Shown here: one piece after another, positions 37,547 through 50,639 of the stretch
Position numbering within the stretch: position 1 is the first letter of the stretch
Layout of the letters: each line of letters opens with the position of its first letter
NCBI RefSeq assembly: GCF_001194135.2
Contig: NC_068986.1
Location: 96,241,093 to 96,305,092, forward strand
Direction of reading: 5' to 3'
Length of the DNA stretch: 64,000 nucleotides
From: Octopus bimaculoides
Lineage: Eukaryota
Translations under genes and position numbers: made by a program
Notes under the pieces: model-generated
The model's input: only the letters and a program-made list of their open reading frames with translations
What the model was told of the DNA's origin: nothing
The model's database searches: none

Positions 37547-38783
37547 GATAGATATATATATATATATATATATATATACCTGCGGAACAAACTCTCTCTT
37601 CCCTCCTAATTCACTTCTTTGTCTTTCATTTTCTTCCTCTTCTTCCTGACTATATGCATATATTTTTCTCCTATCTTTTATATTTTTCTTGTTCTAGTCA
37701 GTGAACTGCAGCCATGTTGAGACACAGCCTTGAAGGGTTTTGTTGAATGATCAACCCCAGTACTTTATTTAAAGTCTGGTATTTATTCTCTCAGTCTCCT
37801 TTGCTAAACCACTAAGTTATGGAGGGATAAACATACCAACACCCACTGTCAAGGGAATAGTAGGAGACAAACTCAAACGTAAAGATGCAGATGCTTACAC
37901 ATATATACACAAGGGAGAAAGAAAACTCAACTTCAGTATTTGAATAGCACTTAGTTTATTGATCTTGAAAGAATGAAAGGTAAAGTTGATCTCATCTGGA
38001 TTTGAGCTCAAAATGTAGAGAGCTGGAAGGAACACTGTGAAGCATTGAATCCAATGCCTTAATGACTTCACCAACTCACCACTTTCATATATAAATATAC
38101 AAAAGAATGATTGAGAAAAAATAGCCAAGGATGACTACTTCACGAAAACTAGAGTATAAATTGGGTGTCAGTATATTTGATGTCATTGTCATTGTCATCA
38201 TCATTATGTCCATCTTCCATGCTGGCATGAGTTGGACTGTTTGACAGGAGCTGGCAAGCCAGAGGGCTTCAGCCAGTTGTAAGAAAGAAATTTCAGTGAA
38301 ATGAAATTACATTTTTACTAATGAGAACAATCGTTATGTAAATGACTAATTCTCACTAAAAATGGCAGCAGAAACAACCCTTAGATTTTAATTAATAAAT
38401 ATTAATCAATTATGGAATAGAATGTAGTGGGGAGTGAGTCTGAATTTTAGTCATGCAATGACAACTCTAGATAAGTTTCTGCATTTTGAACCTCATCAGT
38501 AAGGCATAGTGAAATCATTACAGCACTATATATTTGCAAAGATTGGAAGATAGATGTGTTTTACAGACAAGCATAGAAAAAGACTCCTCCTGAGATTCAG
38601 AACCCTTGATTCATATTGCAGAAGATACAGAAGATAGTAGCATTGGTGGTTCACATTTCCCAGTATCACTACCGTTACTATAAAAGGAGATAGAACCAGT
38701 GACAAGGAAAACCCAAGATGATTTGTACCTTCCTTTAGCTGTAGAAGGCTGCTAGAGACCCACTCTAATGGAACTTACTTTAA

Positions 38784-38998
38784 CTCATTTGTTACCATAT
38801 TTTTATTGAAATACACTGGTCTTGTTGTAATTAATTTCAAATATAAGAAAAATTTAGTAAAATGATTTGGTCATTATTAAATTCGTGATTGGAACATAAA
38901 TTTACATGAAATTTTGATAGAAGATTTAATTTAGATAACTTTAAAACAAGTCACTTGTATCGTAGAACCAGGATTCTCACACAGGTTGGCATCAAGGG
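38784..38998. mobile_element. piggyBac-type MITE (family 2)
   Basis: TTAA on both flanks; degenerate TIRs ctcatttgttacca and tggcatcaaggg. Partial opposite-orientation copy at ~33998-34180 (ttaacccttttgataccaac). Confidence 0.65.
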
Positions 38999-40806
38999 TT
39001 AAATTTGGCTGATATTGTAAAAGGCAGCACAACAGTTATTGGTAAATATCAAAGCATATTCCTCCTAGAGTAGCCTTACATACTATACCTCTGGAGCCAG
39101 TTACTGTACCAAGGTCCCTTACAAAATAAGCTAGGGTCACAAAGCACTTAGTTACTGAGTGTAACTACAGCAAAGCTTGGCAGGAGTCTTGGTGTAGGAA
39201 AGGCTGTGCATGCAAGGAGAAAAGACATGTACTAGCCTGCTTACCACCTCACACATAGGCTTGCTTGCAAGTAAGTGTTTTGAGTATTCTGTGGAATACT
39301 CAACAATAATTCGATGAGTTGGAAGTTCTGATAGTAGTTGATTAAACAACTGAGCGCGCGTTACCTTAATAGTATATCAGAATAAAACAAAACACATAAT
39401 ACGTGTGTGTAAATGCAAAATACACACACACATGTATATATGTTTGAGTGAGTGTCTGTTCTGTGTTGACATAATCCTTCAGATGAGCAAACTCATCTCG
39501 CTTCGATACTGTTCATACAACACTGACATTAAGCAGCTTTCTCTTACCATTGATACTTCAAGTTATCTCCCTTCCCTTCATTCTCCTCATCTCTCTCTCT
39601 TTCTCTCTTCGTTGTTATCTTTCATTCTTCTGTCATTCTCCCTCCTTGTCTCTTTAAATATAATTGCTGTCACTCTTCCCTACCGTCTTATCTCTTTACT
39701 ATATTCTCACTTTCTTTTTCTCTCCTTCCTTATCTGCTTATCCTATTGTTCTCTCATTCGTTCTGTCTCTCCACCTTTTTGTTTCTTTATTTTTCACTGC
39801 ACTCTCTCTCTTTTTACTCCTTACTTTTCTCCCTCTCTTCTTTATGTCAGCTCTTCCTGATCTCCTTATCCCTTTCCTTCCTTGTTTCCTATTCTCTTTA
39901 CTGTGCCACCTCTCTCTTCCTCTCCATCTATCTATTTATCTATCTATCTTTTTGCCTTCTCTCTCAAAATCTCTATTTTCCAGATTCTTTTTTCCCTTTT
40001 TCTCTTTGTATTTTCTTCTAACTCTTTCTTTAAAATATTTAGTACTATCACATCACTGAAGACTAGGTCTTTGAATTCTCCTGTGCCTCATTCCTGGAGA
40101 AATCATTTTTTAAAAATAACTTACCCCTTTTCTATTCTGCCACCTCACTGTATAACCTCATTTTATCTGGAACTTTTTTCAAACAGAAATGTTTTTTACA
40201 TAGTCTTTGCGGAGGTCCATTTGGGTAGGTGGTGTCACCACAGTTGCTAGTGATGTTCTCTAATTTATTTATTTTTTTTAGGTAATGTTACAAAAACTTT
40301 CCTTGTTCCCTGAAGTTAAGAGCAGAGGAGGGCAGTGTCCATTTCTTTTGCAGGCCCTTCCAGACTGGTAAAATTAAGGTTGATTCCTATCTGTAACTGT
40401 TAAGAGCAGAGGGAGTTGTGCCTTTGACTGCTAACCAAAATGGACATCTACAAGGTAATGGCTACAGAGAAAAAAAAAAACTAAAAAAAAAAAAACTAGA
40501 ATCGAGCAAGGAGGGGTCTTGAAGCCTGTTCCAAATACTTCCAAATGTTACTGAAGATACCTAAGTACCATGAAAATGATACTGCAAGTGAGAAATGTCA
40601 ATCTCCACAATCATCATTATTGAAAATGTGACTTCTAACTTTCTCTTTTCATACTAAAAATGAGAATGACATAATTCCCCTGAAATGTATATAATTAGAA
40701 CAATGTGTATAATTACATCAATAGATTTTTATAATTACATCAGTGGATTTTTGGTGTTTTTTTTTTGTTTTTTTTGCTTGTTTTTTTTTTTTTTACTTCC
40801 TTGTAG

Positions 40807-40936
40807 CTCAAGAGGACAGTATTCAGGACCTTTTTTATGACCTCTGAGATTCGTAGGCGGCATTTATCTTTAGACCGGAAACTTGGCCTGAATGCTAGGA
40901 ATAAAGTGAACTCTACTAAAGACACCCATGAGCCAG
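40807..40936 (+). CDS. Putative exon, gene Y
   Basis: About 50-nt poly-T tract ending cttgtag; frame 0 is open as LKRTVFRTFFMTSEIRRRHLSLDRKLGLNARNKVNSTKDTHEP. Donor cag|gtgatg is weak. Confidence 0.35.
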
Positions 40937-41543
40937 GTGATGATGTTAAAATAGGGATAGACTTTATCTATTCCTCATAATTAGAATAATCTACATCCTT
41001 GAATGGAAATGTACCGTATTTTAACGTGATTAAGGAACCCCCTAATTTTTGGATCTTAAAATTTGGAAAAAATGGTTTTGTAAGGGATTATAATACTATC
41101 CATGTATAAGAAACTCCAACATTTCTTAACCTAATTTTTGACAAAAAAGCATTCCATCATCATCATCATCATCATCGTTTAACGTCCGCTTTCCATGCTA
41201 GCATGGGTTGGACGATTTGACTGAGGACTGGTGAAACCGGATGGCAACACCAGGCTCCAATCTAAATTTGGCAGAGTTTCTACAGCTGGATGCCCTTCCT
41301 AACGCCAACCAAAATACTGTAATCCTGAAAACTTCTCTGTATTTTGTACATGACATTGCATTCAATGACAACAGCATATAGAATGAACCAACATGAAAAG
41401 CTCAAAGCAGTCTCTCCACTGGTTAGAAATAGCAACATAATATCCCTCAGCTACACCATACTATTTTTCAGTTACAACATACTATTTCAAAAAGGATAAA
41501 CACATTGAGTTGTATAGTCCTGAACGAATGGATGGATGGATTT

Positions 41544-41669
41544 CTATTGGTTTTGGCAAAAAGGTTTCTGTTGTTGAAATGAGATGTTTGGGTGCTGCTG
41601 TTGTGACACTGAAGATTTGGCATGGTTGAGTGGACATTCAGCCTGTTCTGGTAAGAGTACTTTTTGGCA
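41544..41669 (-). CDS. Putative terminal Q-rich exon, gene Z
   Basis: Acceptor gtttaccaccag; phase 0 gives CQKVLLPEQAECPLNHAKSSVSQQQHPNISFQQQKPFCQNQ*. Other frames here are also largely open, so frame and strand are ambiguous. Confidence 0.3.
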   Translation of the reverse strand, partial: CQKVLLPEQAECPLNHAKSSVSQQQHPNISFQQQKPFCQNQ

Positions 41670-42708
41670 CTGGTGGTAAACACACACACACACTTGTGTA
41701 CATGCACACAAAGATACATGTACAGATAGAGTGGGAGAAGGAGAAACATTACAATTTATTAATTAAGCATGATTGACATAAACACTTTTCCTCTCCTCAT
41801 ACACATGCCAAGGAAGTATTCATCCATTTGGGTGCTAAGGCACTAGTGTTTGTCTATGATCAAGGGCTTTCCAGCTGTAATTGATCTGTCTTTTTGTATA
41901 CCTAGGATGACATGTCCAGTTTATCCTTTTTTTTTTAATCTATAGAATATGATTTGGTAGAATTTAATAACTATTTCTAGCATATGGACCAAAAAGACAA
42001 AGGACCCTCCAGCTTATTTGGAAAAGTTATTTAATTTTTGATGGTGACATGATCTCTGGACCTTTCTCTTTGTCCACCCTTTTTTCTTGCAGCTAACAAT
42101 ATTACAGATTAACTTGAAATTCAACTCTGTCAGTTCTTCATCAGTTGAACCAAGGAGGGAGAGCCTTTACATGGTTACCAGACTACTAGAAACTGCAGTC
42201 AGTTCTTTCTCCTCACCTCTCTCAAACCTTATCCATTCATTTTTCAATTAAAGGGCACATTTGATAATGTAGTCCTGAGAACATGATGTCTGACAAAAAA
42301 AAAAATGGAGATGGTCGCAACTGGAATCCTTAATCATAAGCCAGCTTGATCAGGACTGATATCTAAATAACACAAAAAACACCAGTCCTTCATCGGTCAG
42401 GAGGAAATCGCACTCCACATTGGACAGGATTGTTTTATAGTTAAAAAATATATTTGTGATACAAAGTGGATCTAAAAATAATTTTTTAAAAAAACTCATT
42501 TTTTTGTGAATATATATAATCACTAGTTGGTAGGGTAGGTGTTGTTTATCCCCTGATCAGTCCTGTCCTAGCAAGTTCCTATGGTTAAAGCTATTCAAAC
42601 CATGACCACCCCATCTATCCAGAAACTGTGTCTCAGACTATAGTGACCTTTCTTCTTTTTAAAGGCAACAAAATATGGCTTATGCTTTCGTTCAGTTTTC
42701 TAGTTTAC

Positions 42709-42888
42709 CAAACAGTCACAGACAAGCTTCTTTGTGGTAGAGTAGTGAGGGTATATGTTGACATGAAGTGGATTTGAAATAGAAACTGAAGAAGTGTATG
42801 TTGATGTAGAAACTAGAGAAGTGTATATTGTTTTATGAGGTGAATCAGAGAATAATGTTGCATTTTCATTGTAGATTGACAATTTATT
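42709..42888 (-). CDS. Putative 180-nt S/T-rich exon of an unidentified minus-strand gene (gene Z)
   Basis: Acceptor tcattcatcccttgtcatag, donor ttg|gtaaac; 60 open codons NKLSIYNENATLFSDSPHKTIYTSLVSTSTYTSSVSISNPLHVNIYPHYSTTKKLVCDCL (phase 0 to 0). Confidence 0.45.
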
Positions 42889-44799
42889 CTATGACAAGGG
42901 ATGAATGAGACAGTGGAGCTGAGGTCACTAAATTAATATCAAATGGTGAATGACAATGTAGAATAAAGTGCTCTGCCCAGAAACACAATGAACTGCCTGC
43001 AGTGTTGTTTTTAAAGTTGATTAAAGAAGGATGAGCAGTGACATGACTTTTGAAAGGTCATATATCCATACTAGTGGGACTGACAGGGCTGATGACCAAC
43101 CTGAAAATGTCTGAAACAACATATGCAGGTAAAACATGGAAAGCAGATGGGTTTGAATGCTTACAATAGAGTGACCTCTACCACAATAAAGGACAAAGTG
43201 GTGATGTTCAACTGGCAGCATATTACACCTACCACCCAAAAGGCCCTCAAATTGTACATTTTGTGTGGTACATATAATATGATAAATCAGAAAGTATGTG
43301 AAGCCTCTCAAGAGGTATTAGCATGTACTTCAACTCATCATACTTCATGTATAAGTGTGATGGTTTTAGCTGTATATTGATTCTGATCAATTAGGATGTG
43401 ACAGTGTGGTATCGTGAGATTGAGTTACTGTAACTTACTCCTTGAGTTAGCCTTAATTAAATTATATTGTAGAGACTGACGATACAGAAAAAGTGGAACG
43501 AATCTTATTAGTTTCGTTTTGCCTATTTAATTAAGATGCAGGTAAAACTTAGTCTCTGTCAAAACGAATTTTATAATAATCATTAATTACTCCAGTGTAT
43601 GAGGCAACAAACATTTTGTACAGACATAAAATGTTTTCCTGTGCACATTTATTTCCTTTGTGAACAGTTTGCAAACCATACGCATGGCTTAGAGCAGTGA
43701 TTCTTAATCTTTTTGACTTTGTACGTATGATGATGTGGTTAAAAAATTCGTCTTCCAACTATGTCGAGTATTTTGTGATACTTTCTCTGGTTATTTACAT
43801 GTTGAAATCAAATTCTGCCAAGATCAACTTTGCCTCTTTTGTACTTTGCTCCAAAAATACCTTTCAAGGGTCAGTGTAATCGACCCTATGTTATAATTTA
43901 AGCCTTGAGCTTAAATTATAACATAGAAAGCCACACATCGGAAGGGATACGTATGTACTTAATTACTCATTCTATTATCTACTACATTTATAATAATTTG
44001 CTCAACGTGGTCACTCGGTGTGCTAGAAATATCAACCAAATTATCCTCAAATCTATTAAAAATAGTAAAGATATTTTGGGTAATGAAGTCCGAAACGCAA
44101 CAATCGATAATAAAAAAAAATGTGGTCGCATGGTTTCAACGTCTTTGATTGTAGTGTGCTTGGTCAGCTCAGCATCATACAGTCTGAGAGTTACAAGGCC
44201 AGTAATTTAGGTAATGGTGGTAATGTGTGGAAGAGTGTCGTCAATTGGATTGACTATAATTAATTGATTGATGTTGTTTTATTGACCTTCAGAGAAGGAA
44301 AGTCAAAGTCGACTTCTGAGGGATTTGAACTCGGAATGTAAAGCAGTGAATTTAAATACGCCGTATCAACGTGATACACCATCACCTCTGTAAGTATTAT
44401 AAGGATTTCTAACATTAGTACAAGAAGTGGAATTTTGGGGATGGTGGTGGTTATAATTAATTTAAGCCGATTCAGTACTTGAGTACTTGAATTTTATTGA
44501 CTCTTGGAATACGGGATAAATGTCGACCTCGATAGGATTTGAACTCAGAACGTAAAGGGATTGTAGTTCAATACCGCTTTGATTATTCTGCCAATCTACC
44601 ACCCCGTGTGAGTATTGTACTTACACACTAGTATGTGTATATGCATGTATGTTCTACATACATGCATACTCACAGAGATAGAGAGAACGAGATAGCTACA
44701 CACGTTCTTATGTACCACATACACCCATAAAAGCATATATCAACTTTGCACACACATACATATGGACAACTGTTGTCTTAGGTCACATTATAAGAAGAC

Positions 44800-45120
44800 C
44801 ACCTGACAAACAACGAAACCAGCAGATGTGTCGATCGTCCATGGATTCATCTTCGGCTCCACACATCTCGGCATCAACCTGTCAATGGACGACTGACAGT
44901 ACCAAGCCCCGCTACTCATGCGCACACACGCTCACATGTATCTACGTCAGAGATGACATGACCTAGTAACCATGACGACCGCACACGGAGTGGTGGAGTG
45001 AGCAAGACGGGAGTAATGGTGTATGGAGTGAAAGGGTGGAGTATGAGTGGCGAGGGACAAAGTATTTTATCTGCTGCAACAGTTGGAGTGAAGCTTGCTG
45101 TTGCTATGGTGATGTAGGCT
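44800..45120. promoter_or_regulatory. CpG-enriched island with two X-box (RFX)-like motifs
   Basis: GTAACCATGACGAC 44966-44979 and GTTGCTATGGTGAT 45100-45113 versus consensus GTNRCC-N0-3-RGYAAC; also catgcgca ~44918 and tacgtca 44943-44949. Confidence 0.4.
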
Positions 45121-45969
45121 GGAAATTCCCGTATTGAGTTACTGTCATAGCTTGTGCATTTGTGCTGTGAGGGGGGGTTATAGTGGTGTTGGTGTCGTTT
45201 AACACTGGTCAGCCCTTAATCAGCGGACCTATGATCAAAGGTGTTCCAACTATGGCCATCCCTGCTTTTTTGTTTTTTAGACACTATCTAGAAATGCATT
45301 ATCCAATATAACTGATATGACGAATATTTCGCTGTTTTTTCTAGCAGGCCGAGCGACCACTCTACCTTCGTTTGTAGTGTAGTAGGGGAGGTGAGTTGTG
45401 AGGTTTGAGACTGTAGTGTCGCTGTGTGGTCTGTTGTGAGATGTAGTGTTACCGTTGCCGTTTGATGGGCTACATCGTGGTGAGTGATGGTGGTGTTGTT
45501 TAACTCCAGATCAGTCGTAAACCAATAACCTTATATGATTAAAGGGTTTCCAGCTGTGGCTATCTCTCCTTTTAGTTTTTCAGCAAAATATATATATGCA
45601 TGTATAGGTTGAGTGTCATCTGAAGAATATTCTACTACTATTTCTAGTATATCGAGTGACCACTTAGAGGCTTTCAGTTTGGCTTGTGTAACTATGCGGT
45701 ATTGTGTTGTGCGGTTATGCGGTGTTGTATAATGCGATTATAATCTTAAATTTGTTTCAGTCATTAAATCTCGACCATACTGGAGCACCGCCTTCAAGAA
45801 TTTTTAGTCGAACGAATGGATACTTGTACTTTTTATTTAAAAAGCTGGTACTTATTCTTTCGGTCTTTTTTTTTCTCGAACCGGTAAGTTACGGGGATGA
45901 ATACAAACCAACAGAGGTCATCAAGCGGTGAGTGGGGGACAAACACAAACTATAAACACACACGCGCAC

Positions 45970-46027
<58 letters not shown>

Positions 46028-46098
46028 GATTATCCAAAATTCTGACTGTTTCGTTTTTTTCAATATACAATATCTTTATAACTCTTCAAGCACTCTAT

Positions 46099-46129
<31 letters not shown>

Positions 46130-46759
46130 CATATATATATAGATATATAGGACGGGCTTCTTTGAGTTTCCGTCTCCCAAATCCATTTACAATGCTTTGG
46201 TTGGGCCCAAGGCTATAGTAGAAGACACTTCCCCAAGGTGCCATGCAGTGGGACTGCACCTGGAACCACGTGGTTGGGAAACAAACTTCTTACCTCACGC
46301 CTGTGAAAAGAGGTATTGTGTGGTGTATGTTTTGGTTATATATAGCATATTGGTTGTGGTGTAATATATTGTAGCATGTTCAATCACTTAACTCTGTGGT
46401 GTCTTGTGATGTAGTATTGTTGGGTAGAGTATGATGTTCTGCAATGCTAAGTGTTGCGGGATGCTGTGGTATTTTGTGACTTTGCTTGACATAAGGTTTT
46501 CTCTTTTATCCTCTACTTGTTTCAGTCATTAGACTGCAGCCATGCTGGGGCACAGCTATGAAGAACTTTTAGTCAAATGAATTGACTCGGGTACTTATTT
46601 TTTTGTTGAGACTGCTACTTATTTTATCAGTCTTTTTGCTGAACCGCTAAATTACAAGGACGTAAACACACCAACACCGGCTGTCAAGCAGTGGTGGTGG
46701 ACGCGCGCGCGCGCGCGTGTGCGTATAGAGTTAAAAGAAGAAAACAAAATGGAGATATA

Positions 46760-47175
46760 GGCGCAGGAGTCGCTGTATGGTAAGTAGCTTGCTTACCAAT
46801 CACATGGCTCTGGGTTCAGTCCCACTGAGTGGCACCTTGGGCAAGTGTCTTCTACTATAGCCTTGGGCTGACCAAAGCCTTGTGAGTGGATTTGGTAGAC
46901 GGAAACTGAAAGAAGCCCGTCATATATATATCTATATGTATGTATGTGCATGTATATGTTTGTGTGCGTGTGTGTGTCCCAACATCGCTTGACAACCGAT
47001 GCTGGTGTATTTACGTCCCCGTAACTCAGCAGTTCAGCAAAAGAGACTGATAGAATAAGTACAAGGCTTACACAGAATAAGTCCTGGGGTCGATTTGCTC
47101 GACTGAAGGTGGTGCTCCAGCATGGCTGCAGTCAAAATGACTGTAACTAGTAAAAGAATAAAAGAATAAAGAATA
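46760..47175 (+). mobile_element. SINE family B, full length
   Basis: ggcgcaggagtcgctgtatggtaagtagc...gtaaaagaataaaagaataaagaataa. Confidence 0.85.
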
Positions 47176-47896
47176 AGGAAGTTAACAATTATTTATTATT
47201 AACAAATTTATCCTCTTCGCTTCTTACTGCCATTTCAATTAATACTCAATAATTCAATTACAAATTTGTCCATTAAATTTGCATTTATGTGACATGAGCA
47301 TAATTTCATCAGAAAAAAGATGTACCTTGGGATGTTATATGTGGACCTATCAATTCATTTCATATAACATCTCAAGGTACATCTCTTTTTCTCTGTTGAA
47401 ATTATGCACGTATCACATAAAGGCAAATTTAATGTACAAATTTGTAATTAAATTATTGAGTATTAATTGAAACAGCTGTAAGAAGTGAAGATGACCAATT
47501 TGTTCATAATAAATAATTGTTAACTTCCTTATCTCCATTTTTTAAACTTCTTTTAACTGGATATAAACTATATACCTATTGTTTTAAGGGAATTTCATTT
47601 CCCAACAATACTAGGTATTGAACCAGTACTTCCTTGGATGCAACTATGAGGTTAACATATCTTCTAATTATATATACATATATATATATATAATCATAAT
47701 AAATATACAGGGATTAGCAATTGAGTTGCTTCTCCAACATACTGAAAATTTAGAAATAGCAGTCAAAGAACTACTGATTCTAAACTACAAATTTTTCTCT
47801 AAAACGGATGGCGATATTTATGGCACACACACATACATACATACATGTATATATAATGCGTGTATCTATATATAAACATACATACATATATGTGTG

Positions 47897-48185
47897 TATC
47901 ATCATCATCATCATCATCGTTTAACGTCCGCTTTCCATGCTAGCATGGGTTGGACGATTTGACTGAGGACTGGTGAAACCGGATGGCAACACCAGGCTCC
48001 AATCTAATTTGGCAGAGTTTCTACAGCTGGATGCCCTTCCTAACGCCAACCACTCAGAGAGTGTAGTGGGTGCTTTTACATGTCACTCGCACGAAAACGG
48101 CCACGCTTGAAATGGTGTCTTTTATGTGCCACCTGCACAAGAGCCAGTCCAGGGGCACTGGCAACGATCTCACTCGAAAACCCTA
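47897..48185 (-). mobile_element. SINE family C, young subfamily
   Basis: Almost identical to 41158-41310 and to the reverse complement of 60540-60795; shares the 5' boundary agggttttcgag with the 60540 copy. Confidence 0.8.
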
Positions 48186-48569
48186 TATATANNNNNNNNN
48201 NNNNNNNNNNNNNNNNNNNNNNNNNNNNNNNNNNNNNNNNNNNNNNNNNNNNNNNNNNNNNNNNNNNNNNNNNNNNNNNNNNNNNNNNNNNNNNNNNNNN
48301 NNNNNNNNNNNNNNNNNNNNNNNNNNNNNNNNNNNNNNNNNNNNNNNNNNNNNNNNNNNNNNNNNNNNNNNNNNNNNNNATATATATATATAGATATATA
48401 TATATATATATATATGATGAACTTCTCTCAGTGTCCGTCTACCAAATCCACTCACAAGGCTTCGGTGGGTCCAGGGCTATAGCAGAAGGCACTTGTCCAT
48501 GGTATCACACAGTGGGAGTGAACCTGGAACCATGTGTTTGCAAGGGAACCTTCTTACCACACAACCACA

Positions 48570-49600
48570 CCTGTGAAATTGTGAGGTATTGTGTTGGGTC
48601 TTGTAATGATAAGTATTGTTGGGCAGTAGAGTATTGTATAGTATCTTGTGATCTGGAATGTTGTGCCATAGCAAGGTGTAGTGTCTGATGGTATGTAGTG
48701 TGTTGTTGGATAGTGTGATATTGTATAGTAACTTGTGACCTGGAGTGTTTTGGGGGGTTGTGAGGTGTTGTGCAATGTTCTGTGGAGTGTTGTTGGGTAG
48801 TGAGGTATTCTGTAGTGCCTTTTGGAGTGTTGTAGGGTATTGTGGTATTGTATAGTATCTTATGATCTGGAATGTTGTGAGGTGCAAGGTGTGTAGTATT
48901 TTGTGATGTGAAGCATTATTGGGTGGTGGAGCATTGCATGGTGTCTTGTGGTGAGGGATGTTGTAAGGTTTTTAGCATCTTGTGATGTGGTGCCTTGTGG
49001 GATAGTGTCATGTGATGTAACGTGTGGTATTGTATGCAGCATCTTGTGATGTGGGGTGTTGTGAAATAGTGCCATGTCTTGTGACATGTAGTGTTGTGGT
49101 ATTTTATGCAGTGTCTTGTGTTGTGAGATAGTGTTGTTTTGTGATGAAGAGTAATGTGGGATAGTATGAGGTAGTGTTGTGTTTTGTGATGTGATGTTGT
49201 ATAGTGTCTTCTGATGTGGGATAATGTGGCATCTAGTGTGAGGGTAGTTGATGTCTGGCACTGTGAAGTGTTGTGGTATTGTGTAGCATCTTGTTATGTG
49301 AAATGTTATGGAGTTAGTGTGATTTCTAGTGTGGTGGAGTGTTCTGCAGTGTCTTGTGATGTTGAGTAGTGCGGTGTCTTGTGATGTGGTTTGCAATTGG
49401 GTTGTGTGGGATAGCAGGGTATGGGGTAGATCGAAATGTGGAACTAATTGAATAAGCCATGGTGTGGTGTGCAAAGGGTGGAGGGCAGGAGCTGTGTGGA
49501 AAGCTACTAGAGGTGGTAGTAGTGGTAAGAGGTGATAATTTTAGTAGAGTGTCATGGGTAGTAGTATGAGGCTGCACAGTGCTTCGGTTACAATGGTAAA
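48570..49600. repeat. About 1-kb degenerate (TGTGG/TAGTG/TCTTGTGATG) satellite-like tract
   Basis: Recurrent gcatcttgtgatgtgg and gtgttgtggtatt motifs; a shorter version lies at 46310-46490. Confidence 0.75.
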
Positions 49601-50446
49601 TGGTGGTGGTAGTGATGGGTCAAGAGAGAGAGAAAGAGAGATTTATGTGTATGTGTGTGTAAGAGAGAATAAGGGTGAGGGAGAGAGAAAAAGAGAGAGA
49701 GACCATATGTGTGTGTGTAAGAGAGATTAAGGGAGAGAAAGTAAAGAAGCGAGCAAGAGAGACTATATGTATATGTGAGTGTAAGAGAGAGAGTGAGAGA
49801 GTAAGGAAAAATGAGATGTGGTGGAAGGGTGGATTCGCTAATGATAAAATACAAATGGTAGATACCAAGTAGATATCGATGAATATTGATAATGATGCTG
49901 ATGATGCTGAAGTTGATGACATCACTATGGAGACAGATATATATTAAAAAAAAAAAATCAGCTGAATTTGTTTTCTCAGACATAATACACCGTGACATAG
50001 CAAGGTTTTCTAGAATAACGATTTCTTGTATTGGCATAAGGAGAAACATTTGTAGATGGAGACTATAGATAAATGAATTGATCCTAGTGTATAACTGGTA
50101 CCAAGTCATCAAGGGGGCTACTACATGGCCATTTGATCTGCTAGAAACAGCAGCTAAATAACTCTCAGATTACACACTTCATCAGTACCATCATTTAATG
50201 TCCACTTTTCTATGCTTACATGGGTTCAATAGTGTTTATTTGAGGCAAATTTTCTACAGTAGGATGCCCTGCCTATTGCCAAACCTCACCTATTTCCAAG
50301 CAAGGTAATATTTCCCCATGGCCAGGTATGTTCCCACAGAATATTGGAAATGAATAACATTGCTTGTATGACTGACAATTATTTTACAGCTATTACAAGA
50401 TGTCAAAACAAGGGACACAAACACACCTGTATTCATACACACACAG

Positions 50447-50477
<31 letters not shown>

Positions 50478-50639
50478 GGTGCTGACTGGACCATATGGTA
50501 AGAAGTTTGCTTGCCAACCCCACATGGTTCTGAGTTGGGACCCACTGCATGGTAACTTGGGCAAGTGCCTTCTACTATAGCCCTGGGTTGATCAAAGCCT
50601 TGTGAGTGCATTAGGCAGACGGAAACTCAAAGAAAGCCG

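Noticed and set aside
39405-40250. L/S/F-rich ORFs resembling membrane proteins
   Set aside because: CT-rich low-complexity tract open in all three frames.
48860-49474. 204-aa minus-strand ORF
   Set aside because: It lies wholly in the degenerate G/T satellite; openness follows from base composition.
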